From an uncultured Verrucomicrobiae bacterium (GTDB lineage Bacteria; Verrucomicrobiota; Verrucomicrobiia; Chthoniobacterales; Chthoniobacteraceae), in the NCBI GenBank assembly GCA_963769025.1, contig CAVYKI010000003.1, positions 672,001 to 736,000 of the forward strand: DNA of 64,000 bases, written 5' to 3'. The position numbers and the translations under genes are program-made. Of this stretch, positions 42,101 to 57,100 are shown one piece after another; position 1 is the first letter of the stretch, and each line of letters opens with the position of its first letter. The notes under the pieces were generated by a model. The model made no database searches. It was not told the DNA's origin and saw only the letters and a list, made by a program, of their open reading frames with translations.

Positions 42101-45100
42101 CGGCGCCGAGGAGGCCGAAGACATCCACCGTGCCCGAGCCGAGCGGCGTGTCGCCGAGCGTGACGCCGGAACGGATAAACAGCGAGCTGCCGCGGCTGAC
42201 CGTGGTGCCGCCGGTGTACGTGTTGTCATTGTTCAGGAGCACCGTGCCCTGGCCGTTGACGGCCAGCGCGCCGACGAGGAGCCGGTTTGCGCCGGTGAGG
42301 ACGTTGGCGGTCCCGACCACCGGGCTGAGATCCAAGCGGTTGGTGGCGGAGTCGTTTGCGCCGAGGCGGTAGGTGTTGCCGTTGCCAGCGCCGAGGGCGT
42401 TGGCCGTGTAGGCGATGGTGCCCTGCGAACCGAGGTAAAGGCTGCCATCACCGATGCTGCCGGCCGCGAGGCTCAGGGGATTGGCGTAGGTCGCCTCGAT
42501 GCGCAGCGTGCTGTTGGTCGAGGCGGGGTTGATCAGCGCGGCGAGTTGCGCCGGCGTGTTGGCCGCCAGGATGCGCACCGTGGCGAATCGCGCCACCGAG
42601 CCCATGGCGAGGACGCTCTGTCCCGATCCGGTGTCGATGTTCGTGCCCGCTTCGAGGCGGATGGCACCTTCCGGATTGATCTGGATCTGGCTCGTGCCCG
42701 CCGTGGCCAGCGTGCTCGCGCCGCCGAGGTTGCCGAAGCGCATCAGACCCTGGTTGATGTAGATTCCGCCCGTGAAGGTGTTGACGGCATTCGGAGCCGC
42801 TGAACCCGCGAGCCGGTCGTCAAACCAGATCTCGTTGCCGCCATTCTTCACGATGTAGAGGTTGCTGCCGCCGTCGCTCACGCCGCTCAGGACTGTGCCG
42901 AAGTTGCCCGTGAAGGTCGGCGTGCCGCTCAGATTCACGGCATTGAAACGCGTCGAGTAGTTGTTGCCCTGATTCACCGTCAGCGTCTGGCCGCCGATGT
43001 TCAGGGTGTTGAAGGCCAGCGTCTTGTTGGATGCACCGATCGCGGACGACCGGTTCGACGTGATCGTCGTGCTGCCGACGATGTTCAAATTCGGGACGTC
43101 GGCGAAGAGGTAAGTGCGGTTGGTGCCGGTCGCATCGCCATCGACCCGGAGGCTAAGTGCACCACCGAGGATGGTGATGTCGCCCGAACCGAGCTGGCTG
43201 AAGAGAACGTTGCCGCTGGAGGTGCCAAGGCTGGTGGAATTGCCGCCCACCTGAACGGTGCCGCCCTGAATGATCAGGCCGCCGGTGTTGTCGCTGGTCG
43301 TGGTGTAAACGGCCGCGTCCAGACCGAGGTTGAGCTGTCCAGCGGCCTGCTTGATGATCGTGGCTGAGCCGGTCAGCGCCTGGTTGCTCGTGACACCGCC
43401 GAGGGTCAGCGTGTTATCGAGCCGGAAAACCGCGTTCCCCACCGGGCCCAGATCGGTCGTGCCGTTGATCTGAAGCTGGTAGGTATTGCCCGAGGTGAGG
43501 CTGAAATTCTGGCCCTGGTCTCCGGGCGCACCGCCGAACGTGAGCGTGCCGGCGACCTGCATTTTCGCGCCGGTGAGCGTCGTGCTTGCGGCCCGATCCA
43601 CGTTCACCGTGACGAGCGCGTTGCCCGCAGCCAGCACGATGCTGTTGTTGAAGATCTCGTTGGTGACATCCCCGCGGAAGCCCAGAGTGGCGGCGTAGCC
43701 GTTGACGGTGATGACACTGCCGTTGCCGCCGTTGTTCGATGTGCCGGCGGTGGTGTCGCTGTCGCGGATAAAGAGCTGACCGCGGTTCAGGGCGATGGGG
43801 CCCGTGAAGCTGGTGTGATCCGAATCCAGGAAGAGCAGTCCGTCACCGGTCTTCGAGATGGCGGTGGCGGTGATCTTGCCGGTGCCGGTGGCGACGCTGT
43901 CGGCCACGTTGTTGGCCAGCGTGCCGATGATCATGTTGCCGACTTGGTTTCCGATATACAGCTCGCCCGTCGTCGTGATGGCCGTGGTGATGGTGTTGGC
44001 CACGTTGGAAATCAGGCCGCCGCTGCCGATGCTGAGGATGCCGGCGTTGGTGCCGGAGATGTTGGCGTCGGCACGGACGCCCCAGGTGCTCACCGTCACG
44101 CCGTCGGCGATGGTCGCCGCCGCATTGACCAAAAGGCGCTCGTTGGCGAGGAGCGGGTTGGTGACGAGCGCGCCGCCGATGGCGCGGTCAAAGCCGGCGT
44201 TGACGAAGCCGAAGTCGCTGTAAGTCACGAACTGGACATCGGTCTGGTTCCAGATCCACGGCGTCATCATGCCGTTGGCGAGCGTGGCACCGGAGATGTT
44301 CGCGAGCTGCGCCGCGAGGTTGGCGCCCGCCACGGTCACGCGTTCATCGCTGCCGAGCTGTCCGGCATTCTGCGGATGGATGGACACCTGGCCCTGGTTG
44401 AGGCGGGTGAGGCTCGCCATGTTCAGTTCCGTGATGCGGCCGGTGAAGCTGCGGTTCGGGATGATCAATGAACCGCCATCGATGCTGACGGCACCGACGA
44501 CTTCGCGGATGTCCGCGGCGTTGCTGCCGACGAGGCGGAGGATGCCGCTGTTCAGGACGACGGGCGTGGCGTCGCCATAGCGGCCCTGGGCCGAGATGCC
44601 GTTCGCGAGCAGGTCAAAGTCATTGCGAAGCTGGATTTCGCCGCCCTGGCGGATCGTGGGCTGGATCGCCGTGGCACCGTTGAAGAACCGGCCGCCGGCA
44701 CCGCCCACGGCGAGGGCGCCGAAGGTCTCGTAGCTCGGCGACGTCATCGTGCCGCGGATTTCCAGGACGCTGCCGCGGTTCACCAGCGTGGTGCCGGTGT
44801 AGGTCTGGTTGCCGATGATGATGGCCGTGCCCGCGCCGTTGCCCACGGTGACCGAGCCGCTGTTGGTGAGCGGCGCGCCGGTGACGAGCGAGGTCTTCGT
44901 GGAAGCGCCGAAGGTCACATCGCTCAGCGCATTGTTCGTGAAGTCGCTGCCGATGTAGATGATCGCGCCGCCGCCCGCGAGGCGGACGACCGAGTCGGTG
45001 TTGTTGCCACTGCCCGCACCGAAGTTGTACGACTTGCCGGCTCCGAGCGAGGCGGCGTTGTAGCTGCCTTCGAGGAAGGAGCCGTTCGTCGTGGAACCGA

Positions 45101-48100
45101 GGAACCACGTGCCGTCGCCGATCTTCCCGAGGTCGATCGTCTGGCTGTAGGTGGAGTTGATCGCGAGAACGCCCGCGCCGGTGTTCAGCGCGCGCTGCAT
45201 GTTGCCATCGAACGCGCCGCCCGCCTGCGGGACGCGCAGGTGGTAGTCGGCGAGCGCCGTGTTGTCGCCGATGCCGATGACGCCGTAGGTGTTCAGGTTG
45301 CTGCGGACATCCACGAGCTGGCCGCCGTTGACGTTGCCGATGCCAGTAAAGCGCAGGATCGCGCCGGGCTGGATGGTGACATTGCCCGCTGCGAGCGTGG
45401 AGGTGGTGTTGAGTTCGCGGGTGTTGCCCCGGAAGTTTGCAAAGTAGGTGTTGCCGGCCGCAAGCACGGTGCCGCCCGTGGCGGTGTTCGCGGTGGTGTT
45501 GATTTCCAGGTTCGCGCCGCCCTGCTTGAAGAGCGTGCCATTGCCGCTGACCGTCCCGCTGAGGGTGGTGGAGGTGAAGTTCAGCGAGAGGTAGGCGTCA
45601 TTCGTCATGGTCATCCCACCCGCGATCTCCAACGAAAAGTTGTTGGCCCCATTCAGGCTCAGGAAGTTGGTGCCGAGCGGTCCGCCGAACGCGATGCTGC
45701 CGATCTGCACCGTGTTGTTGTTCGCCGCGTTGCCGCTGCGGACGTCAATGACGGTGTTGATGCTGCTGATGAAGTTGCCGCTGCTCATCGTGGCTAGGGA
45801 GCCGTTGACGAAGTTGTTCCCGGCAAAGACGGACACGGTGGACGGGTCCGAGAGGTTGTCGTTGTCGGTACGGAAGTTGATCGTGGCTCCATTGAGCGTC
45901 ACGGTCGCCCCGGTGCCGAGCTGGTTCGAGCCGCCCTGCGACCGGCGCACTTCCAAGGTGCCTTGCATCACGTTCCACGCGCCCACGGCATTCGGGGCGG
46001 ATGGGTTCGAGCCGCTGCCCGTGCCGGTGTTGGTCAGGTAGAGCGCGCTCGCGCCAATCTTGGTGATCGTCTTGCCGCTCGCGTTGATCGTGCCGCCGAG
46101 GACAGCCTGCTGCGCCACGTTCAGCACGGTGTCGCCGGCAAAGGTGGTGTCGTTGCGCACGAGCAGGCCGTTGGTGCTGCCGCCCCCAAACGTGAGGACC
46201 GGGGCGTTGATCGTCAGGCTGTTCACGGCCTGGAAGCCGGTGGTGCTGTTGGTCGCAATCTGGCTGGTCGTGTTCGCCGAGCCGAAGTTGTTCAGCGCAT
46301 TGATCGTGAGGTCGTAGCCATTGCCGGGGCCGATGGTGATGACATCGATGTTGTCCTGAACCTCGTTCGGCGCGATCGTGTTGCGGATGTCGAGGATGCC
46401 GCCCGCGAGGTTCACCGGACCCGTTCCGAGCGAGTTGAAGGAGCCGATCTGCAGGCTGCCCAGCGGGGTGTAAAGGCCGGAGGCGCTGGTGATGTTGCCC
46501 GCGTTGATCGTGGTGCCGCCATTGTAGTCGTTGTTGTAGCCGAGGATGGCGGTGCCGATGCCGCTCTTGACCAGCGCAATGTTGCCGGTGATGAGGCCAT
46601 TCGAGTTGCTCGTGACGCCCGTCTGCGTCGCGATGGTCAGCGTCGCGGCGGCGCCGGTGTTGATGATGCGTCCCGTGGCGGCCGTGGCGGTCGTCTGTCC
46701 GCCGAGGGCGGCGATGGTCAGGTTCTGGCCGTTGATGTCGAACTCCGCGCCGTCCATCGGGGCGATATTGATGAGGCCGCCGCTGGGCAAGCTGCCCTGG
46801 CCGGCGAATTGCACCGAGCCGTCGTTGATCTGGATCGTCCGCAGGGCGGTGCTCGTCGGCGCCATCACGTTGCCGGTGCCCGAAATCAGCAGATCGCCGA
46901 GGCCGGACTTCGTGAAGTTCGTCGCAGTGAAGGAGCCGGAGAGCGTGTGCGCCGTGCTCGAGGCCGCGGTATATACCAGGGCTTCACCCGGCGCGGCGGC
47001 GGACGCCCCGAAGACGAGGTCCGTGCTGATCGTGACACCTGCATTGCCGCTGGCGGTGTTCGGATTGAGGATGAGGCCGCCGCTGGCAATCGTCAGGACC
47101 TGGCCTGGCGAGGTGATGCTTGCGCCGGTGCGGACGGCGTTCACCGTCTGTGGCGCGACTTGGGAGCTGTCCGCCACGGCCGACGCCGGGACGATCGCGT
47201 TGCCAGCCGCCGTCGTGGCGAAGACGGTGCTTCCGTCGCCGCCATTGGCCGCGCGCAGGGTGAAACCCGTGGCGCCGGAATTCTGGACAAAGTCGAGCTC
47301 GAAGGTCGAGGGGTTGCGCACCACGATGGTGGGCAAAGTCAGCATGCCGTTCGTGTTCGTGAACGTGGAGCCCGTCGCGAACTGCTCGGTCCCTCCGAGA
47401 TTCGCCAGCACGGACGGGACGATGACGATGGCGCCCTGGTTCACGCGGGTGAGCGCGGTGGCCGTGAGCTTGGTCGAAGTGGCCGCGTTCTTGGCGAGCT
47501 GGATCGAGGAACCCGCCCCGTAGGTGACGGTCCCAATGGTCAGGGCCTGGACACCGGCGGTGCCGACGAGGCTCAGCGTGCCGTCAAAGATGTCCACCCG
47601 GTTGCCGAAGGGCGTGCCGCTGAGGGCCGTCGTGCTCACGACGCCGCCGAAGGTGCCGGAAGGCAGGTTGGCCGCTGCCGCCGCGGGCGAGCCGCCGATG
47701 ACGATGCCGTTCAGCAAGTTGGTCCCGTTGTTCAGGGCCAGCGTTCCTGCACCCTGCTTGCCGAAGGAGAACCCCGTGCCGGCGACCTGGGTGTTGATGG
47801 TGAAGAGCCCGTTCGCGTCGCGCACATCGATGAAGCTCGTGTTCGTCGTGGTGATACCGAGGATGTGGTTGCTGCTCGCCGCATCCCAGAGGACGGGAGT
47901 CGTCCCGAGGAGCACCAGCGTGCCGGTTCCAGTGAGCGTGATGTTCGTCGCCGTCGTGGAGATGCGGCCGAGGTTGGCGTCGTTGAAGAAGCGCAGCACA
48001 CCGGCGCTGATGACGACCTGGCTGTTGCCGGCACCGGTCGGGAAGAACGTATTCGTGCCGCTCAGTTCCAGCGTGCCCGCTCCAATCTTGGTGAGCTTGC

Positions 48101-51100
48101 TGCCTGCGGCGCTGCTGTTGCTCAGGACACCGGAGAATGCAGTGACCCCTTGGCTGGCGAGAACGTTGAAGTTGCGCGTGCGGAGGGTGCCGTCCGAGTT
48201 CAGGTTGAGATCGCGGGTGAAGGTCAGGTTGTAACGCCCGCCGAAGGTGAGCGTGGTGTCCGCCGCAGTGGTGAGCGCGCCCAGCGCGTTGACAACGACA
48301 CGGTCCGCGCCGAAGGCAACGATTTCGCCGCCCGCGTTGGCATTGCCCGCGCCGAAGGTGAGCGTGCCGGTGCCGAGCGGGCCGCTGAGGATCGTCGGGT
48401 TGTTCGCCGGACCCGTGTAATACGTGTCCGCGTTGAGCTGGAGGCGGCCCGACGAGAGCGTGGTGCCGCCGCTGTAGGTGCTGGTGCCGAAGCCGTTCGA
48501 GTTGGCGCTCAGGCGCACGACACCCTGGACGTTGGTGTTGCCGATCGTGATGGCACCCGCGCCGCTGATGGATCCCTGGATGTCGATCACGCCGCCGCGG
48601 AAGGTGCCGTTGCTGGTCGAGACGTTGTCGATGAAGAGCGTCTGGCCGGCGGTCGGAATCGCAATGTTGCCGGTCACGACCGAGTTGTTGATCGTCTGGC
48701 CGCGCAGCAGGAACACGCCGGTGCCATTGACCGTCGTGAAGATGAGGTCGCGAGCGAACGTGATCTGGCCCGCCAAGCCAAGCTGGCCGGCGGTGTTCGT
48801 TCCGTTGTTGCCGAAGATGATCGGCGTGTCGCTCATGCCCAGCGCGCCGGCCACGTTCGGATCCGCGGACACGTCTCGTGCCCACGAGCAGGATGCCCTG
48901 GTTGACGGTCGTCGTGCCCTGGTAGGTGTTCAGTCCGTTCAAGATCAAGGCCGAGCCGCCGATCTTGATGATGTTGCTGCCCGGTCCGCCGGTGATCGAC
49001 CCTTCGAAGGCGAGATGATTCGTCTGGCCGATGTTGAAGGTGCGCGTGCCGCCCACACCGCCGGGGGCGAGGTTCACGGTGCCGGTGAAGGTCGCGCTGT
49101 CGCCACCGCTCGTGCTGAAGCCCGCTCCGATGAAGTCCACGTTATTCCTGATGGTCGGGACGTTGCCGAAGCTCAGGTTGCCGCCGTTGAGCCGCAGCAC
49201 GTTGGTCGCACTGCCATCACCGAGCGCGAAGGCGTTGTTGATCGTCAGGGTGCCGCTGTTGGCGCTGACGTAGCCCGTGTGGGCCAGGTTCCGTGCGTTC
49301 AGGGTGACGGTGCCGATGTTGCCGTTGATGTAGTGGGATCCGTTCGCATCGATGTCGGCAGTCAGTGCGCCGCTCTCGATTCCGCTGGCTCCGGTGAATT
49401 GGTTTTCGAAAACCGCGAGTGTATTGGTGCCGCCGCCGAACTGCAGGTTGCCCTGGTTGCCGCCGCCGCCGATGCGATAGACGCCGCCGCTGCCCGCGCC
49501 CAGAGTCTGGCCGAAGTAAATCGAGCCCACCGAGGTGCCCAGCCACATCGTGCCGTCGCCGATGGTCGCCATGTTGAGCGACGAGGTGTAGGCGTTGATG
49601 TCCAGCGCGAGCACTCCGCCAAACGGCCCGGTCTTGACGACATTGAGCTGCCCGGCTCCCGCGCCGAAGGCCGGCAGCGCGCCGTTGTAGGCCACCGCGA
49701 TGCCCGCGAGGCCGTAGTTGTCGCTGTTGAGCGTGACGGTGTTGCCCGCAATGTTCGAGAGGTCCGCGATGCGCAGCATGCCGCCCGGATTCACGGTGAT
49801 CGGCCCGGTGCCGAACGGCGTGCCGGTGCGCGTAAGGCTGCCGACGATGCTCGTGGCGGTGTTCGCCGTGGAGGCGTTGACGATGGTCCCCGTGTAGTTG
49901 TTCGCGCCGCTGGCCATGAGCACGGCTGCGTTGCCGAACTTGATCAGGTTGCCGCCGCTCACCTGCCCGCCGAGCACGATGCCCGAGAACGGAGTGAAGC
50001 TCACGTTCAGGTTGTTGTTGGTGCCTGCGAGGCTCGTGGTCCCGTTCACGTAGATGCCGCTGCCGCTAAACGTCGCCGTCACCGCGCTCTGGGCATTGAT
50101 TGTCCCGATGTTGGCGATGGTCAGGTTGTTGAAACGCTGCATGACCGCCTGGCCGTTGTTGGTAATCGTCGCGTCACCCGCAAAGGTGATGTTGCTGCCG
50201 AGGTTGGTCGTGGCACGGACGTTGGATCCCAGCACGTTGGCGGCGCTGTCGGTCCGGTTGCCGAGCAGGCCGTCGATGGCGAGCGTGCCGCCGTTGAGGA
50301 CGACCTCCTGCGAGTTGATCACGCTGAGCGAGGTGCCGTTCGCGCCGAGGGCATTGAGGAGCGTCAACTGACCGGCATTGATGGTGACAGCACCGGTGAT
50401 TGCGTTGACGGAATTGATCTGGATGTTGCCGCCGCCGAATTTGGTGATGCCGGCGGCCGTGATGGTGCCGGTGATGGTGTTGAACGTCGTGTTCGCGCCG
50501 CTCGGGCTGTAGAGGACCGCTTCCACCGGAGTCGCCAGCGAGCCGAAGACCAGGTTCGGGTTGACGTTGACCGTGTAGGTGCTGCCGCCCGAGTTGTTCA
50601 CGCTGCCCATGATCAACCCGCCGCTGGCGATGGTGATCGTGTTGTTGGCGCCGTTGGTGTTGATGTTCAGCGTCGAGTTGTTGTTCGGGCCGCTGCCTTG
50701 GAAGATGCGGAGGGCGTAAACGGACGGGTTGTCCTGCAGCGTGATGGCGGCGGTGCCGTTGAAGCCCGTCTGGAGCAGATCGACCGTCGCAGTGCCACCC
50801 GTCATCCCGGAAGTCAGGTTGATGTTCGCACCGCCGGTGGTCTGGACGTTCGTGTATCCGACCTGGTAGGGGCTGGGCGTCGTCGTATCCACGAGGCTCT
50901 GGAACCCGCTGTCCACTCCGGTGACCGGGCTGTAGGTCATGAACTGGTGCTCGGTCTGGTTGATCATCCACGGCGACACCATGCCCGCCGTGGCGATCCC
51001 GGCGGTCACATTCGCCCCGATCGTGGTCCTGCCGGCCAGGCTCACCCCGCCGGCGACGGTGATGCGTTCAAAGTTGTTGTACGTGCCCGTGGCCGCCAGT

Positions 51101-54100
51101 CCGCCCGGGATGCCGAGGGTGTTGGCGCTATTGGTAACGGAGAGTGTGCCGCCGGCCGAACGGGTGAGCCCTCCGAGAATCAAGGTGGCGGAACCCGAGC
51201 CGGACGGACGGATGACCGTCAGGACGCCGCCCTTGCTCACGTTGACCGTACCGATGGTCTCCTGGGACGTCACGGCGGTCGCGCCGTTGAAACGGAAGGT
51301 GCCGCCGTTCAGGTCCACTCCGGTCGTGTTGTTCCATGCGCCCTGGCCGCCGGCGTACTGGCCTGCGAAGTCGTTGATGATGATCGCGCCGCCGGGACGG
51401 AGCGTGAAGGCATTCGAATTCAGCCCGGTGAGCCCGTTGACGAACGAGCCGGTGCCGTTGTAGCCCTGCGGGTCCGCGGCGAGCTGGACGGTGCCGAAGA
51501 CTTCGACCGCTCCGGTGCCGAGCGGCGTGCTGCCGCCGGGGGCCGCGCCGGTCTCGAGTTCCAAGATCAGGCCCTTGGTGACGAGCGTACCACCCGAGTA
51601 GTTGTTCGAATTGCGGATGCGGACGGTGCCGCCGAGGTTGGTCAGCGCTCCGTTGTTTGCATTGCCCAGCAGCGAGCCGATCTGCACGGAGGCAGTGCCG
51701 GTGAGCACATTATCCGAGCCGCCAAAGCTGAGGATGCCCGACTGGCCGCCCGCGATGCGGTAGGCGTTCCCCAAGCCCACGCCGAGGGTCGGTGCCAGGT
51801 AGTTGGCTTCCGTTCCGAGGCCCGAGGCGAGGAAGGAGTCGCCGGCGCCGACGGTGGCGAGATTCAGCGCGGTGCTCCACATGGGCTGGCCGAGGAGAAG
51901 CGCAGTGTCGTACCTGCTGGCGAGGCCGGCGAGGATTCCGGCAGCCGGGGCGAAGTTGTTGTCCAGCGTCACCGTGCCGACGTTGTTGACGGCGCTGAGG
52001 ACGCGGAGATTGGCAGGCGTGCTGATGCTTCCATCCCCCGCGATGCGCAGGGTGGCTCCGGGATACACCCGCACGAGGCCCGAGCCGAGCGGCGTGCCGG
52101 TGGTGCCGGTGATCTGCACCGCTCCGGACTGGATGTTCAGGCCGCCACTCCACGTGTTGGCCGTGCCGGAGATGATCAGCGTGCGCAGTTCGTTGACGGC
52201 GCCGCTCGTCTTGTTCAAGGCACCGCTGCCCGCGATCACGCCCGCGAGTTCCACCACGCCGCTGGGACCGTTGCTCGGCGTGTTGATCGTCGCATAGTTG
52301 CCGAGGATGTTGGTGCCGTTCTGGACGAGCAGCCCGTAGCTGTTCGCGCCGGTGACGGTGAGCGTCTGGTTCGTGAGGTTCAGCGTGCTGAACTGGATGT
52401 TGTTGCCAATGTAGGTCGCATTGCTGAGCCGGTCCACGTTGACGGTCGCCGGGCCGCGGACGTTGACGTTCATGCCGTCCGTCGCCTGGTTGCCGAAAAC
52501 GATGCCGAACTGGCCCTTGGTGCCGCCGCCATTGCTGCGCAGGTCGAGCGTGCCGCCGTAGAGATTGAGATCGCCGGGCGTGCTGCCGGAACCGCCGCCG
52601 AGACCGGTGACGCTCAGCACCTGCAACGTGCCCTGGTAGAGATTCGTGCCGCCGACGTAGGTGTTCACGCCGGCGTCCGGCTGGTCCTGCCGCGCGGCGG
52701 TGATGGTGAGGGTGCCCGTGCCCATCTTGTTCAGCGTGGTGGATCCGACGGTGTCGAGGATGCGCCCGGAGAAACTGGTGCTGGTCGTGCCATTGACGGT
52801 GAGCTTCCCGGCCGTGGCGCTGGTGTTCGTGACAAACCCGCCCGAGCCGCTCTGCGAATTGCTCAAATCGCCAATTTTAACGTTCTGGCCGTTCAGGTCG
52901 AAGGTCGCGCGGCCATTGAGGTTGAGCGACGTCTGGAGCGAGTCAAACCGCCCGCTCGCGCCCATCTGGACCGTGCCTTCCTGGACGTTCAAGCCGTTGA
53001 TGCTGTTCGCGCCGAGGAGCAAGGTGGTGCCGTTGATGAGCAGCGTGCCGGGGCCGAACTTGGTCAGGCTGTTCGCCGTGATCGCGCCGGAGAGCGTGGT
53101 CGTGCCGGTGCTGCCGACGTAGATCAGGCCTTCGCCGGAGAGGTTCGATCCGACGACGGCGGAGGAAGCATCGAAGATGATGTTGCTGCTGATGGTCGGG
53201 CTGGTCCCGTAGGTCAGGATGCCGCCCTCGCCAGAGACGTGGGTCGCGCCGACACTGGTGATGCGCAGCGTGTTGCCGGAAATGTTGCTGTTCGTGCGGA
53301 GCGCGAAGGCGCTGGCGTTCGCCGTCAGCGTCTGGTTGCTCGTGATGTTGCCGACGGTCGTCGCCGTCGCGCTGTTGATGTCCGTGAATCCGAACGCCGC
53401 GAGCGGCACAAAGCCGTTGACCGCATCATTGGCCAGGAAGTTCGGCGTGCCCGCCGCATCCACCGTGATGATGCTCGGCGAGAAGATGCCGTTGATGACC
53501 GCCGAGGCCCTGGCGACGCCGAGGACGCTCGTGGAGATGACGCGCGCATCCGCGCCTGCGGTCGTCGTGCCGAGCGACAGGCTGTTTGGCTCGATGACGA
53601 GGGTGCCGAAGCCGGTGCGCGTCAGCGTGAGGGCCGAGAGCACGACGTCGTTGGTGCCGCCGTTGGACAGCGAGAGATGCGCTCCGCCGCTCATCGCGAT
53701 CGAGAGATTCGCCGCGGAACCGGCGTTGATGACCGCATTTGTATGGGCCAGCTCGAGCGTGCCCGCGCCGAGATTGAGCGCGAGCGCCGTCGTCGGGATG
53801 CCGGTGTTGGTCGAGGTGGTGACCGTGCCGCCGTTCAGGCGGAATGCGGTGAAGGTGTTGGCCGCGTTCAGCACGAGCGTGCCGCCGCCGGTCTTCGTCA
53901 GCGTGCCGCTCAGGACGCCGTTGGCGAGCAGCGTCGCCCCGGTGTTGATCTGGATGTTGCCGAAGTCCGCGCCGGCGCCAGTGATCGCATGGTTCGTCGC
54001 GAAGCTGTCCGTGATGCGCAGCGTCGCGCCCTGGTTGGCGTTGGCCGTGGTCGGGTTCACGCCGGTGATGGTGATCGTCCCGTTGGTGACCGTGTCACCG

Positions 54101-57100
54101 AGCTGGCTGTTCGCGCTGACGAGCACCGTGCCGCCCGTGATCGCGAGCGTGCCGAAGCTGTTGTTGCCCTGGAGCACCAGGTCGCCGAAGCCGATCTTCG
54201 TGAAGCCCGCTCCCGCGATGTTGCTGCCGGGGGCCTGGGTGAGCGTCTTGCCATCACCCACGTCGAATCCGCTCCCGGTCGAGGTCAGAGCGGTGACGTC
54301 ATTGGTCAGCGTGTAGTCGAAATCCCACACGCCGAGCAAACCGCCGTTCAGCATGATGTGGGAGGTCGCGGGGAGCGCGCCCACCGTGCCCACCACGAGC
54401 GTGCCCTGGTTGATCTGCGTGAAGCCGGTGTAGGTATTCGTGCCGCGCAGGCCGAGCGCGCTCAGTGCCGGTCTTGATCAGGCTGTTGAAGCTCGTGCCG
54501 ACCCCGTCGGTGATGTTGCCGGTGATGATTGCACGGGCGTTGACGTTGTTGACCGTGATCGTGCGCGCCGAGCCCTGTGCGGTGCCGAAGGCGCTGCTCG
54601 AAAGGCTGACATTGCCGGCGAGGAAGATGTTGACGCCGTTCGTGTCGATGATCGCGTCACCGAGGAAGGTGACGTCGTTGGCGAGCGTGATGTTGGGCGC
54701 GAGCCTGGGCAGGCCCAGATTTCCATTCGCGCGCAGCGTGCCGCCGTTGAACGTGATCGTGCCGGTGCCGAGCGCGCCGCTGTTGCCCAGTTCTACGAGC
54801 TGGCCGAGATTGATCGTCGAGCCGCCGGTGAAGCTGTTCGGGGTGTTCAGGAGCACCGTGCCGCCGCCGAGCGTGACCGCGACGGACTGCGCCTGGATCG
54901 TGTTGCTCACGACGCCGAACTGGACGCTGGCCGTGCCGGTGAGCACCGGGGAATTGATCGAGAACGAGCCGCCGCCGCCGCCGATGCGGTAGGTGTTGCC
55001 CGCCCCCACGCCGAGCGTGGTGGCCGTGTACGCCGAGAGGGCCTGGTTCGAGAGGCCGCCGCCGAGGAAGCTGTTTCCGTTGGTCGTGAGGGTGGCCTGG
55101 TTGAGCGCGGTGCTGAAGCCGGTGACATCGATCGCGACCACGCCGTCGTAGGTCGGATCGGAACTCACAAAAGTGACCGCGGGCAGCGCGCCGACATACT
55201 GCATGTTCAGCACGCCCGCACCGGCCTGATCGCTGTTGATGGTGAGACCGCCGCCGACGTTGGCCGCGTTGCTGATGCCGATGGCCGCGCCCGGGCTCAC
55301 CGTGATGGTGCCCGTGCCGAACGGCGTCTGGGCCAGCCCGTTGAGCGAAACCAGAGCGCCCTGGTTGACGGTGACCGCCGCGCTGTAGGCGGGAGAGTCG
55401 CCGCCGATGCTCAGCGTGCCCAGGCCCCACTTCTGCAACGCTCCCACGCCGGAGACCCCGCCGAGAATGGTCATGTTGCTGTTGGTCGCTGTCTCCGTGT
55501 TGATCGAAACCGGACCGTTGAACGTGGCGCTGCCGTAGTTGACAAAGGCGTTGTTCGTCACGCGAACGACCACCGGGGTGTTGAACGTGTTGTTCGCGTA
55601 AGGATTGACCGTCAGCTGATTGTAATAGGAGCTGTTGCCGCCCACGTTCGAATCCGCGTTCACCACCACGGTGCTCAGATAACGGGCCTGCCCCTCAGAG
55701 TACATCTGGCCGCCATTGAGGATGATTTGGTTCCCGTTGATGTAGGGGTTCACCGTGCTGCCGCCCAGTGCGTACTGGTTGTTCAGGCGGAACCAGTTCA
55801 GGCCGCTGACGGTCACATCGCCGGTGAGCGTGCCGCGGTTGTCGGCGTCGAGCCGCATGTCACCGGCGCCAAACTTCGTGATGCCGGTGGCCGTGATGGG
55901 ACCGGTAAAGTTCGTCGTGCTGGCGGTGTTGGGATTGTAGATGACGAGTTCACCCGCCGTTGCGATGGGCGTGGTGAAGGTCTTGGCACCGGAGCCATTG
56001 GTGACGATCAAGCCGCCGCTGACAATCGTGAGCACATGGCTCGGTGTGAGGGTCACGCTCCCCTGAGTCAGCGACGCCTGGTTGGACATCGTGATCGTGG
56101 AGGCACCGAGGGCGGTAATCACCGCACCTGCCGGGATGCCGGTGCCGGTGATGGGCTGGCCGACGCGGAGCGTGGCGATGTTGGCCCCGCTGACACCCGT
56201 GATGATATTGGAGCCCTGCGTGCTGGCACCCGTGACAGTCGCGGCGTTGCCCGTGGTGATGGCCGAGTCGGTGCGCAGCGCGTACACGCTTTGACTGGCG
56301 GTGAGCGCCTGGGTGACGCCGACGATGTCCACTGTGGCCACGCCGGTGGTCAGGCCCGTGAACGTGTTGGCGGTCGTCAGGCGGTTGCTGTAGGCCACCT
56401 GCCCGGCGCCCGGCGTGGCGATGCTGAGGAGCGGCTGGAGACCGAGCGTGCCGCCCTGGTTGCTGAGGAAGGTGAGATTCGTGCCGTCCACCATCCACAC
56501 CGGGGCGATGCCGCCGGTGGCACCTGCGCCGTTGTTGGTCGTGCCGGCGTTCGCGCCAAAGGTCGGAGTCGTCACGAGCAGGCGATCAAAGGCGGCGGCG
56601 CCGTTGAGGCTGCCCTGCGCTGTCATCACGCCCGCCGCGATCGTGGCGGCGGCGGCGCTGGTGACCGTGAGCGTGCCCTTCTGCGAGCCGCGGACGATGT
56701 CCGAGACCTCGAGGACATTCGTACCCGAATTCTGGCGGCTCAACTGGATCGTGCCGTTGTTGAGGCCGACGGTGACCGCGCCGATTTTCTCGTAGGTGTC
56801 CTGGTTGTTCGTGCCGACAAGGTTGAAAGTGCCGCCGTCGAGCGTGACGCCCGTTGCATCGGCCCAGCGGCCCTGGGTGCCCGAGCCGGCGAAGACGCCG
56901 GAGTTGTTGTCCAGACGGATCACGCCGAGGTTGCGCAGGACGTAGGTGTTGGCATTTCCCAGGGCGGGAACGTTGTACGCCGAACCGTCGCCACCGCGGA
57001 AGATGAGCACGCCGCTGTTACGGATTTCCACCACGCCCGAGCCGAGCGGCGTCGCTCCGCCAGGTCCGGGCGCTCCGCCGGTTTCCACGACGAGGGTGCT

